A stretch of DNA of 64,000 bases. Source: Obrimoposthia wandeli. Lineage: Eukaryota. The notes beneath the pieces are model-generated. The model saw nothing but the letters and a program-made list of their open reading frames with translations, ran no database searches and was not told where the DNA came from. Below, in pieces: positions 36,096 through 48,639 of the stretch. The position numbers and the translations under genes were made by a program. How positions within the stretch are numbered: position 1 is the stretch's first letter; each line of letters begins with the position of its first letter. Location: positions 186,001 to 250,000 of the forward strand of contig CDROCS010000787.1 of assembly GCA_977020255.1 (NCBI GenBank), written 5' to 3'.

Positions 36096-36610
36096 ATGGA
36101 AAAGTTTTTGAACAATCCAAAACACCCCGATGGTTTTACAGGAGTACAAAAATTATCACAAAGCACAAAGTAGTCAAAAATAAAAACACAGAAATGGTTA
36201 ATAAATGAGTTGTCATATAACTTAAATAAACCAATGAGACAACGATTTCCAACTCGATCATATAAAACAAGTAGTATAAATTCTTTTTGGCAGATGGATT
36301 TGATGGAAATGATTCCTTATTCTTCTATAAATGCCAGGTTTAAGTATATTTTAACTTGTATTGATGTATTTAGTCGATAATATGCAAGAGCAATTCCTGT
36401 AAAATCAAACTCAGGAATAGATATGTTACATGCTATAGAATCTATAATTAGTAATAGTATTCCGGATAATATCCAAACTGATGAAGGTAAAGAATTTTAT
36501 AATAGTCATGTTCAAAAATTGTTTAAAGTAAATAAAATTAATCATTATTAAGAATATTCACAATATAAAGCAGCTGTTGTTGAAAGATTTAACAGGACTT
36601 TAAGAGATGT
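36096..36610 (+). mobile_element. Polinton/Maverick-type retroviral-like (rve) integrase, truncated pseudogene
   Basis: P.HP.GFTG..KL, LNKPMRQRFPTR, FWQMDLMEM, YILTCIDVFSR, NIQTDEGKEFYN, KAAVVERFNRTL carry the D-D-E triad. In-frame stops are present. It is oriented divergently from the PolB gene. Confidence 0.88.
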
Positions 36611-37968
36611 AAATAAGAAAAATGAATTTGACATTTGGATGATTGTAAAATTGATGATTATGTGAACTCTCATGCCTATTTATCTGTTCAATATTTTTAT
36701 TATATCTTCCTGGGTTATCGTATCTCTCAGATACTTGCTGTCTATCTGTATAATTATTATATGTTTCTGGTGACTGTTTTCTTTCTGTGTTCTGATTATT
36801 CGTCCTCCAATATGGCAGAATATACCTACCACCTCTATTCTAGGGTGAGTGTGAGTTATATTTTTTGTTTATTAAAATATGTAGATATTTGACACTATAA
36901 TTTTTTAAATTGGACATTTCAACAACAACAAAAATTGATCAATTTAAATGGCTAAGTAAGTGCAATGTAACTTATGCTAATTTACTTGTTATTGAAGAGC
37001 CTGTGATTTAAATGATTGCTTTTATTATTTTGAAGAAATTTATCTTTCATCTTGGATAATTCAGTCATTGCTAGTGAACTTTGCTGATCTGACCGTGTAA
37101 TATTAAGAAATCTCTGGAAATGTAAAATGATGATTCAGTTCAAGTTTTATTCAAAGCAAGAACTGTGTGGCTTTGTGATGAGACCTAATTAAAGTATTCA
37201 AATGTCCCAAGATTTGCTCGAGAATGACCGTTGCCATTCCAATTGTCATATTTGGTGGAATGCAGTCTTAGGCATTAAATGGCTTGGTAATCAAAGAAAT
37301 CCACGTTGAGATTTAAGGTTTAATTTTAACAAAGTTTGTAACAAAATTAAAAACTATATTAGCCAACATAAAAGTTAATCATCAACTTTATTCCTTTTTC
37401 AGTGTGTGTTTGTATATGTACAGCATGTTTATTTTTATTCATTATTGCAAAAAATCTTTCAGATGTTGAGTTTGGTGTAAAATACCAAATAGAGTTTACA
37501 AATACTAATTTAGATTAATTTCAATTTAAAAGTTCATTAAATTTTAAAATTTCAAAAATGTTTTTCACTCTTTATTCCCAAATGATTATGTTGAAAATTA
37601 CCTTTAACATATTTATTACTGGCTATATGTATGATAAATCACAATAACATACTTTCATGGGCAAATATATTAACTACTACGCTTGTATTAGTCAACAAAA
37701 TCAATGTGATTAATATTAGGTACTACGCGTTGTTTCATCTTATGTAAATTACTATAAGTTAATGCTGTAAATAAGATTTTTGAAAGAAAATATTTTTTAT
37801 TGTAATCAAACATTTGAAAATATATATTTAATTGAAAAAGTAAGTCTTAGTTAATTACACATGAAAGTAGTGTCAATTGTTCATCAGACAAAATGCGTTT
37901 ATTGATGACGTAGGAAAGACGTTTATATCTTTTAGTATATATTTTTAATTTTCCTTATTTTATTGCAG

Positions 37969-38198
37969 AAGGAAAACGACTGGCGGATATTTATGATGGG
38001 GAATTTGCAGAGGTTTCATCCATACTAAATCATATGGTTGACCATCTTCTTGTTCAATTGATTCTGAAAATTAGAAGTCACAAAAGGAAATTGGTTAAGA
38101 AAAATAACTCAATTTCAAAACAAACTTTGAAGCACAAAAAATCTTCACCTGCTGATTTTTTCGTTAATATGTTTCGTAAGCTTTCGAGGGCGATGTGA
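37969..38198 (+). CDS. RGK-family small GTPase, last coding exon
   Basis: ttgcAG acceptor, phase 1: KGKRLADIYDGEFAEVSSILNHMVDHLLVQLILKIRSHKRKLVKK...FVNMFRKLSRAM then TGA. The G5 region aligns to the RGK pattern F.ETS..L.HNVD.LL. Confidence 0.85.
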
Positions 38199-39479
38199 AA
38201 TTTTGGTGGTTATCAGTTTTGAAAAGAAATAATATATATTATATATTTTTTCACTTTTATGAATTAATATTTAAACTGTAAAAAATATTTATTGTATATC
38301 CAACAGAGATAGAGATGGTGGCACAAAACATGTAATTCGATCATTGAAAATATAATTATGACTGGTTGAACGCTATTTCAAAGTTTAAGTCTAAAATTTG
38401 AACTGAAATGCAAAGTCGATATATGTTCTAGTTTCATAGAAATAGTGACTCATTTGCATTGTCTCATAATGCAAACTATATTAAGTGTTACCGATTGTAT
38501 ATATGGTTTTTGTATGTAGTAATTCGAAGTATAGCACATGGGAACGCAACCTTCGTGTTCATCAAATGCAGTATCCTACAGCCTATCAATATAAATTAAA
38601 AATCAAAATTTTAGTTACACTTTTCAAACATAATGTATGTTTAAACCTATAATTCCCATGAGTATTAATTTTTGTTGTAAAAGACAAAAGGTAGGTAAAA
38701 ATAGTTAATAATTTGTTTTAAATTTCCATTTGAAGCAACAGCCTGTTTTTGATATAACTAAGTGTCATTAATATTAATTTTAAAATATTTATCTGTTAAT
38801 AGCCATGTAAAAGCCATAAAATTTAAAAACCTATTACGAATAACTGGGTTATTGGTTCGTTATATTAAATTTTATGTTATTCACAGTTTAGTACTTTTTT
38901 CATCTGAAATCGATTATTTATTTCATTTTTGGATCATTTTTCTATATATTCTTTAACTCTAGCTCATTTTAACTATCATCAACTGGATGCATATTTTAAA
39001 CTTCAAATCACAAAATAAGTTACTTCAATTTATGAATATGAATTCATTGTTAGTGTATTTAGAAAAATTAAAAGCTACCTCCGAGATTACTAAGAATTAC
39101 AAAAGAACTTTAGAAGAAGAAAAAATGTTTTTATCATAAATGAAAATAATTTTTTTGTAATTTTTTGTTGTTGTTGTGACACCGTAATTTCTACAACAAA
39201 GAAATACAATGCTAATACAATGTTTACTATGAATATAGTTTTCTTATCTTATCTAGTCACTCAATAAAACTTAAAGTACATGATTTAGAATGTGAAATCA
39301 GAAAGACTGAACACATTAAAAATATAAAATATACATTGACTTGATTCAGTGCTATGCTTACTTCAAAAATTCAATTATTAAGGCAAGTTAAAATGATTTA
39401 TATTTGCTTGGAGAAAAGGTTTAGTGATTCGGAACTTAAGCCAAAAAGTTCATCAGCAATCAATCAACATGCATGGTCC

Positions 39480-39890
39480 CGCACTTTAAAATGATTCGTG
39501 TGTGATTTTTGGCGATGAAGCCGAAACTTTCAAATTGGAAGATGTTCAACTTCATGATTTTGGTAAAAGCTCAAAAGGTTATTATTACTAAAGATTTTAT
39601 TTTGGTAATGAAAAGCAAAGACGAAGCTGAGATTCAAAGGAAATTTCACGAAAGAAAGAACGAGAAGGCATTATATGTTCTTGTGAAGGCTGCAAAGATT
39701 CTCATACAAAGCACTGGGTGTATTTTTGTTTGTCGCTGCTCAAAATAAAGACCAATGACGGTGTAATTTGGACTGCGGGTGGTGGTACACGGAGATTTTT
39801 TGGCTGGCGAAGTGACTGCTGTGAAACAATGACAAACTTGAACACTAACTGTTGTGTTCCTCCTTGTGTCCTTTTTGATCTAATATGAGA
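39480..39890 (+). repeat. Dispersed repeat, homologous to 57720-58110 (degenerate coding sequence)
   Basis: Shared DNA (ggYgatgaagccgRaactttcaa; gctgctcaaaa; atgacaaact; tgtgtcctt) and shared translation GDEA.TFKLE.V.L.D...AAK.L...VC.CSK. Confidence 0.8.
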
Positions 39891-40399
39891 GTTTGCCTGT
39901 GTTTGAGATAGTTGGTCTTAGTAGGAACCTATAGTTTTTTTTGAACCTATTGTTGAGCTTATAACGGGGGAGTGACTCTATCGGTAATTTGTACGATTTA
40001 TTCGTTTACACCATATTTACTTGATTAAAGTAGAGTTGACTAACCAGCCTTCATGACAGGCTTGACTATTTACTTCTTGTACCATGCCAAGGTAGTCCTC
40101 CCGGTTCAAAGGTATCAAAATTATTACCTTCACATTACCTAAAGTTAAATTATATCATACATTCGACCATATTACATTTTAATTTATTTATCAGTGTTAA
40201 ATTAAATAGTGTACATTTAAATAGTGTAAAATTAAATAGAGCCATTAAGCAATCACCAATATTTAAATATTATAGACTTTAACTTGAAAAAGCAAGCTGA
40301 AGGTATTATTGCCTTCGAAAAAACCTTTTCAAATTTAGAAATAACTCAATAAACAGCAATACAGTAGAAAATATTAAAATTCGGTTTGATGTACCTATG

Positions 40400-40800
40400 G
40401 CAAATTATGATCGAAAATTCGTAAACCTTGCCTCAAGCTCATAGTTTAGGCGTAATGTTCAAATTCCTGACTCAAGCCAATTGTTTATACAAAAGGTGAG
40501 ATTTATCTTGATAGACCATCGTATGTTTGGCAAGCAAATAATATCTATATATTTTTAAGCTAAGAATGTACCAGCCGCAAAACTTAGAATTACAACAATA
40601 TGGATAAAATTTTAATTGCCAGATTAGAAATGAGGAGATATGGATACTCTCTTATTTTTCCTCTAGTGTAAGAACGTGGACAAGACAGTCTTATTACTCG
40701 AAATGATTGCTGATGGGTTGTTAGATACCACCTACAACGTGAATAATGAATTGTACAATGACGTTTATAAAAATACCATTTTAAAATTCAAGGATGAATG
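40400..40800 (-). mobile_element. Probable hAT transposase remnant
   Basis: The minus strand gives VIRL..YTRGKIREY..LAIKILSIL...ACQTYDGLS, resembling the hAT pattern IRYV..G.I.E.F...GQ.YDGA.M. Heavily decayed. Confidence 0.4.
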
Positions 40801-41758
40801 TAGTCGGACCTTCTTGTTGATGAGTAAGTATTCCTTATGCCAAAATGTTACTCGCTAAAATCTAGTATGAGAGCTACAGGGGTTTCACTGTGTCATGCCA
40901 AAATTCGACATGAGCATTATCTCTGCATTTAATTTAAAGAATATTTCCATAACATGGTTTAAACAATGCTTATTAGTAATTTTTTCACTTAAATTTAATC
41001 TACCTTTATTTGAAAGTAGACAATTTTAAACAAATTTATATTTATCAGGTAAATACTTCAAGAAAACATTTTTAACAATGAATGTGTTAGTAAAACAATA
41101 ACATTTCAATTAAAAAAAGAAATTAGTTGTAGGTGTTAAGTAAATACCAGTGAAATTCTTAAAATAAAAACTCAAATCCAACATATTATCAGAGGATATC
41201 TGAACTAGAAATTTTAATAAGAAACACGTTTGAAATTATTTATTTGTCACAGGCATACAATAATAATATTCAATACGAAGTCTGAAGCAACAAAAATGAA
41301 TAGAAACAAATAACATGAAAATACAACTGAACCATTAAGAAATTATTATTTATATTCAAATTTAGTGCAAATAACGTAAACATCAGATCTGTGTAGTATT
41401 TAAATGTAAACACAATAAGGTAAAAGAAAGTAATCACTAAGAGCAACAAAGCAGTAGATTCACAACATCAAAAACAGAGAGATAGTATTAATTTGTCCTT
41501 TCGAAGAAAACGTTAAATGGACCGCAAATCACACAGTAAAAATCTGGATTTATTCAGAATATAGAAAATATCTGTTATTTTAAATACAAATTCAAAAATA
41601 CTAATAAAAGATTGTCAGAAATAGTTCGAACAGATTTCTCAGTATAGAAGTTGTGTGTTTCATGAAAAAGGTATATGTACAAAATACAATCATGTCATGT
41701 GACCAGGGAGAGTAAAAGTATTGACACACAGTTGTTTTGTATAAGAGATCAAAAACGA

Positions 41759-42085
41759 CTATTTTAAGACGGCAGCTGCAGATTGTGATAGTAGTGGCTG
41801 TTTGGGTGACGAGGTCAGGGTTGGTAACGGCGACATCGCTACAGACAGCTTCTTCGACATTGTGTTGTTGCCGTTTACACTGCCTGATAGAGATTGCTGC
41901 TGGTGTTGGTGATTACTGCTGCTGTTACCACCACCATTGTTGCTGTGACCAGTCGACGACATTGCTTGCTGCTTTGTACAACCATTCTTTACAAGAAATT
42001 CAGCAGCGAAATCCTTGCCATACATACGGGCGTAAAAGTACGCATTTCGACCATTTACGTCCTTTAAGTCAATCTGGGCTTTGTA
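41759..42085 (-). CDS. AGAP1: Centaurin-gamma/AGAP ArfGAP, last exon (ankyrin end and low-complexity tail)
   Basis: ttcttgcAG acceptor: YKAQIDLKDVNGRNAYFYARMYGKDFAAEFLVKNGC...SAAAVLK then TAG. Confidence 0.9.
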   Translation of the reverse strand, partial: YKAQIDLKDVNGRNAYFYARMYGKDFAAEFLVKNGCTKQQAMSSTGHSNNGGGNSSSNHQHQQQSLSGSVNGNNTMSKKLSVAMSPLPTLTSSPKQPLLSQSAAAVLK

Positions 42086-43929
42086 CTGCAAGAATAAAAA
42101 TAAATGAATATACGAAAAGTAGGAACCAGACCGGTGAACCTTTTTAAGTGCGCGTGTAAAAAGTGTACTAACAATTTTGATCATGTTGACGATAGGGCAG
42201 TTTTATAGATGAAAAATTAATAAAGAATATATTATTTAGTTTTTTTAAAATAATCCATCATAATATTTCATAAAAGATAAACAGATAAATAAATACCAAT
42301 ATCAAATATTTATTAATGAGATTGTTGATGTTGTACCTTAGATGATAAATGCTTTACATTAGGTTTATATTTCGTAAATTTTAGTAAAACACACGTCGAA
42401 TCATCAGTCGTTCTATTTCTGAAACGGTATTTTATGAAATTCCTTTCTAAAAATAATGACTCAAGCATATGTAGAAGATAATACTGTTTCTTTTAAACAA
42501 CTAAAAGTTCCAGGAATGGAATTTTAAGTTCTCATTGTTGCATTTTTTCAATTATACCTATTAAGCGATTATATAGAACTGAATTGAAAATCAATTTCAG
42601 TATCTTCCAAACTATGTCACTCAAAAATCTTAAAATTGAAATTTTGATGTTTCTGTAAATTGTCCGAACTGTGTAAATCTCGAGAAAATAAACTTGTTGT
42701 CTATCGAATTAGTCACTGTAGCAAACACTTGTGTATACTTGATCTGTTTTTTTCATGAGATTCTAGATCCACAGAGAATTTTTTGTGTTTGGAAAATATT
42801 TATGGGTACTGGAAATAAGGTTATGATTGAAAATTTGTAATTTAGCTTCACATACTTTGATCAAATTATGCATCATTGTATTTTTTTGATACGTGCTAAC
42901 TCCAACACACGTGTCATAGGTTCGCCAAGCAAAAATTAGAAAAACCACTTCATATATACAAAATACTTTCTAAAGTAATTGTCAGGATCAATTATAAAAT
43001 ATTAGCTCTCTAAAATCATTATTAAAGATTTTTACATTATTAAAGTGTAAATATTACATTTCTTAAGGTCTGATAAATTAATTTATTTAAAATTATTATA
43101 TTTAATATTTTTTGAATTTTAAAATGAAAATAAACAATCTTAATGTAGTCAATTTGATATAAAGTTGAGAAGATGTCTAAATCCACAAAATAGTACTGAG
43201 GATGAAATGATTGTCAAGAAATAGTTATTGCGTAATTAATATAAATGAATAATTTCAATTTTAAAGATAGGATTAGATTCGTAATTTTAACAATTTTAAC
43301 TAAGACACAAGAATAAAATAAAGAATATGGGAAGGAAGAATATTGTTGTTTTAGGATAGAAATGTAAAAATTGAAAATATTTTTTAATTTCCCTTGTAAG
43401 TCGATTTTTGAAAATGTGTAAATGCATAAAAATTTTGAAATAACAAAGAATAATAAAGTTATAAATTATACTTGAATAATGAATCATTAAAAAAATCAAA
43501 ACTATAGTAATAAATACATTGTCAGAAAAAAACCCAATATAAATTAAGAGCCAGAGTAATCTAATAAATATATTAATAATTACTCTATTTGGTATATAAA
43601 TACAACCTTTAATGAAGTTATATTAAAAAAATATTATAATTGATGTTTAATAAATACATAAGAAAAACGATGCTGCTAAGTAGAATTACTTGTTTGTTTT
43701 ATTTTGTATTTTAAGTATACACTGAAATGAATATTTTTAGAAAATAAAATATTTTAACATGATTAACATAAATATTCATGTTTCTAAAACAAGAACGTAG
43801 CAAAATAACTCACAAGCGTTTATAAATCAAATAATTATGATAGGTCAAAACTGAACACATTTCTACAAAATATAATACTTGATATATTTATTTGATTTAT
43901 TGTAAGTATATATAATTGTTACAGTCAAA

Positions 43930-44370
43930 CAAAATGGTCTACAAAAGAGAGGATGGCTTCCGTGTTGGTTATTCTTAGTCACTTCTTGTCAAGAATATAT
44001 ACAAGCAAACATTAATCATTTGTAGTTTACATTTTATTGACAATAAACATCCCAATGACGAGTATTTGTTTTGGCGAGCTAAATCTTCATCGCATCATGC
44101 AAATGTGACACTAAAATTCTTACAGGACAATAACATTGCAGTTGTTCCAAAAATTATGAATCCTACAAATCTTCTACAAATGCAAATGAATAGATTTTTT
44201 GAAATTTAACGCAACATTTTTATAAAGATGACTGAGTTGGTAAATATTAGAAACAGATAATTCGTCAAATTAAAGAATGTATCCATAAAACAAGCATTGA
44301 TATTATAGATGCGAATTAAATATCTACGCCATAAAACCTACGAAACAGTTGCGTAAATGGTCCCTACAAA
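43930..44370 (+). mobile_element. Tc1/IS630-like transposase remnant
   Basis: FIDNKHPNDEYLFWRAKSSSHHANVTLKFLQDNNIAVVPKIMNPTN resembles the pattern H.D...LFWPDLASSHYA...FVPK..NPPN. Confidence 0.6.
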
Positions 44371-46691
44371 TATCTGTATTAGTTTTAAGTATTTGTGATG
44401 AAGTATGTATTATACCATAATTATTACTTTTTTCATTTCCCTTCTAACTTTTTACAGCCATTGAAATCGTGTGCATAGTTAGTACAGGACGATATTTCGG
44501 CTCCCCACAAAGAGGTGAGCTGTTCAAAAATGTGATTTGCTACGCCAAAAGAATCAAAATATGATTTGTAATGTGATACAGACTCGTAATTATGCAAATT
44601 GATGAAATGTGTTTTGTTGAATATCATATAAATAACTTTTTTTTATAAATTGTGTAATAAAGATGTCATAAACATATATACATTGTACAGCATAGTTACT
44701 ATTATTTATCCAAATTAATTACTGATTAGCTCCAGATTCATAAATCAAAAAAACCAATTTGACACCAACAACAATCATATTAAAAAACGTAAATCAAATG
44801 AGGTGCAAAAATCAAATGTGCTTAATTAGAGTAAAGATATGCATAAATATCTTGAAAAGCAAGCCTGATAATAAATGTCAAACCATGAAGGAAATCTAAA
44901 AATTTGATTCTTCCATTATCGATTGTCTCAAGCAGCCATGTTTTAATAAAAATTCGGCTGCTCTTTGTTGACCAAACACATGAGCATAGAAGAAACCGTT
45001 TCGTCCGTTGATGTCTTTCAAAGAAATATCAGCACTGTACTGAATTGCAATAGTTATTGATATTCTGATGTCATAGAAAATAAATCGAATTCCAACACAA
45101 TTTATATTTAGTTTCCTTAAAACTTGTTAACCTAAATATTCAATATTAATGAACAATTTTGTGGAATTATTTTTCCTATTGTCAGTGTAGTCCACTGTTT
45201 CTCAACCTTTCTTTTGCCACACCCCACTTCAACTTATCTAAAAAATCTGTGTCTCACCATAATTGGACAATGTAAGTAAAAGTATAAACTATTTATTTAC
45301 TATTTTATAAAAGTGTATAATGAAATACGGTTTAATCCTTTGATTTATAAAATGCTAGTGAAATAAAAAATACTTTGGTTGTATCATATGTTGTGTATCC
45401 AACATTTCAATCTACTCAATAAAACAAAAGAAAAAATTATCGTGCCATCACAGATTTACTTCGTCAATGATGAACTACCTGAAAAATATGGTTGAATATC
45501 ATTAGTGAAATATCAAAATGTAAGTATGTGCAGAATTTGAATATATATATAGTTTAAGTTACAAAAATAAAAATGAGTAATTACTATTAAGCTCCTAAAA
45601 GCGATTTTGATAAACATTTCAAACTCAATTCTGAGGGTGTATACCATTTCACCTTACTTGACATCATAGTAATTTCATTGAGAAGATTTATTTTCATTTT
45701 AAAACGGTTTTTAAATATATAAATTTATGAAACCTTGAGTAACGCAACATTTAAACAATATAATCTAATATTTTATATCGTTTTTAATATGTATTTTAAA
45801 GTTTTTGGGGAGATTATATTTTAATATTGTTCGTGACAATTATTCTTTGTGAACATTTTATAAATATGAAGAAAATATGTAAACATAACTTATCTTGTAA
45901 GAATAAATTTCATACCATTTCAGTAAGAACTATTTTGTACGAATTTTAACACATTCGCTGACAATCTCAAAAAACGGACTTTCAATGACGAATCTATTGT
46001 AGAAGATAGAATTTTGGGAGTTAGACAGATTATATTTAAATTTAATTTGGTTTCTAATAGCTGATTGAATAGCATTCTTTAATTATTTTGTAAAAATAGA
46101 TAATTTTCAAGAATTGGTATGTGTTATGCCAGTTATCGAAGGTATTATGTAGTTGTAAAATAATCAATAAAAAACAACTGATATTGCAGCCATCTCCACG
46201 AATGTATTAAACAAGCATATAAAATGAATAAAACAAAAGAGCAAAATTACAATAAATAATTGTTAGCTTAAGGCAACTTAATAACCAAATTGAATTTTGT
46301 ATATTGAGATGCTGAAATTAAAAAAAATAATTTTAGTTTATATGTACTGCACATAATATAAAGTGAAAGCCGATTCAGAAGATTAATAATAGTGATAATA
46401 TAAGGAAAAACAACACATCAATTTGTGCATGATACTGAGTTCTTTTTCATTTTTATTGTGAACTATCTTTAAAAAGAAAAAAAGCTATGAAATTTAATAA
46501 TTGGTCTCTCTAGTAATTTTGATTAGCAATTTTTTAATATGTAATTTTTTAGAAAGAAATACCAGATTGAAATCAATATTACATCTTTCGTACAATCAAA
46601 ATAAAGTTAAAATTCAGTGGTGATCTGGAAAGAATTTTCTTAAGCGATTGTGATAATATTAAATCTACTGCTATCCATTCAGAAAACTCAC

Positions 46692-46971
46692 CCATAGAAG
46701 AAGCTGTAAGCAAACGATATCGCCTATAGCTGCGGCAAAGTGTATCGCGGTTCGAGAGTCGGTCTTAGTGTAGCTTGCATTTACTTCTGCCTCTGAAGCG
46801 ACAGCCAAGCACAGAATCACTTGTCGTATGTCACGACGACTGATAGCATCGATCAACTGTTGTTGATGAGTCCATCCCTGACATGGCAATGGCGGCAGAA
46901 ATTCTCGTCGTTCGTACTTGCTGCGGATCCATTCTTCTTTGTCTCTTGGAGAACTGGTAGGTTCCGGTTTC
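46692..46971 (-). CDS. AGAP1: AGAP exon (end of ArfGAP domain, ankyrin repeat)
   Basis: atttAG acceptor and GTGAGT donor: KPEPTSSPRDKEEWIRSKYERREFLPPLP...DSRTAIHFAAAIGDIVCLQLLLW. Confidence 0.93.
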
Positions 46972-47051
46972 CTAAATTTAATTAAAATTACATGAAATAA
47001 AATAAGCTTAATTCCAACAATTATTCCAAACAGATAAAAAATAAGAAATAC

Positions 47052-47108
47052 GACATATCAAAAATGAATTGTAAATATGTTTCGGGTTTGAAAACTCATC
47101 ATCAGTAC
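47052..47108 (-). ncRNA. Degenerate hammerhead-ribozyme-like motif (Penelope-type minimal form)
   Basis: The minus strand reads GTA-CTGATGA-T-GAGTTTTCAAACCC-GAAAC-AT-ATT-TAC. The core and GAAAC are intact, stem II has one mismatch, and stems I and III are weak. Confidence 0.45.
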
Positions 47109-48639
47109 TGGTGTAAATGAAAATGTAAATCATTAAATAAGTAGTCTTGGGCAACATCTAAAACGTTGTGGAATTATGCAATCACTTTAAAATATATAAG
47201 CAGTTTAAAACAATTATTTTGTATGTTGAATGAAATTCTGATTTGTCAAACACTGTTCTTTCAAAATAATTATTATTTATGAATGATCACAAACTCTTAA
47301 ATAAAAAAGGCTTACTCATATTTTCACAGCAAATCAAGTGAGCAAAGATGGAAGATTTCCAACAAACCTTAACATGTTCCTTAACTCTAGTTTAGAGGCG
47401 ACGATTTGTCTCGTCTATGTATGCAGTATCAAACTCATGATATACCATAAACTAAATTAGGTATAGGAGATTTCAATGTAGAATATTTGTAAAAATATAT
47501 AAAATATCTTAAATACTGTAAAACAAACCTAATTATTGTTTCAAAAGATTTTGTTTATAGTCATTTTGAACTGTCGAAAACCTATGGAATATGGGAGGAT
47601 AAGACAATTATTATGAATCATTTTATCAGAAGTTTTGCTATTGCATAATGAAAAAAAGTTAATTATAACGGAACTTATTGTTTCTCAATAAATATTTTTT
47701 TGTAATTTGTTTAGCATGTGTTAAATATAATCAAGTGTGTGCTAACATTCGTAAATTTTGACGGACCAAAATTTTGACAAACCACATCAAACTCTACGGA
47801 CAAAGCCTTTTATAAAACTGATATTATACGAGTTGTCATTAAAGTTATGTGAAGTTATATACACACCAGTGTCAGTATTTTGTGGTAGGTTGAGAAATTA
47901 AATAGTGAGTCTATTCTTTTAACTCTGACGTCCAGAAAGATAACTTTAGCCTTCATTTCAATAGTAAACGACAGATTTGAATATGAAGCTTAAATTTTTT
48001 TGAAATGAAATTCATTGTAAAAATTGCAAAAATATCATCACAACAATTTTTGTTAAGAAAAAAGGTCAATTTTTCAAATTTCTGTACAATTTAATTTGCT
48101 AAATATGAAATATAATTTATATTACACAAATGTATACATAGAGCAATAATTTTCATTTTCAAGTTTTACAGCACATTATATTTTATTATTGTAAAATATG
48201 TAAGATACGTACATATATTGATTTTGAATTTAGAAAAAAAATAAAAATAACCCCATTATAAAACGGCTTTTACATGCTAAACCTTTATTTATTTATCCAA
48301 AATTTAAATTTTTAGAACCTCTATCATCCTATTTTATCTACACAGTATTAACTGACATATTAAGAACCTTTTTAATCTGGATAATTTATATATTTCCCTT
48401 TTTAATATTTTCTTATTTGTATCAATTCGTTTACAAAAACTAATTAGTTTACTTGTCCATTTATGTTTTCATACTTAAAGTTAGAGTACTGAATTCGTGC
48501 GAACGAATTCTTTATGGACAATTGTCTAGAAGAAATCTTTTTTTTAGACGAAATCTTGATAAATAACATTAGAATTTTTTTTTAATTGTGCATTTTTAAA
48601 AAATATAATGTACCATTAAACAGAAACACTGCACTGTCT

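Noticed and set aside
38198-41759. Functional link between the convergent RGK and AGAP genes (both have Ras-like domains)
   Set aside because: Adjacency alone is not evidence; there is no overlap or shared sequence.
41737-42147. Plus-strand 136-aa Cys-rich ORF
   Set aside because: It is the antisense shadow of the AGAP last exon (CAG/CAC-rich codons); the same applies to 2995-3225, 3026-3387, 18721-18966 and 52567-52776.
44985-45030. Third hammerhead-like motif on the minus strand (GGAC-GAAAC)
   Set aside because: The CUGANGA core is absent and stem II cannot form.
45195-45230. hAT/Charlie-like terminal sequence CACTGTTTCTCAACCTTT
   Set aside because: No convincing partner TIR or 8-bp TSD found.
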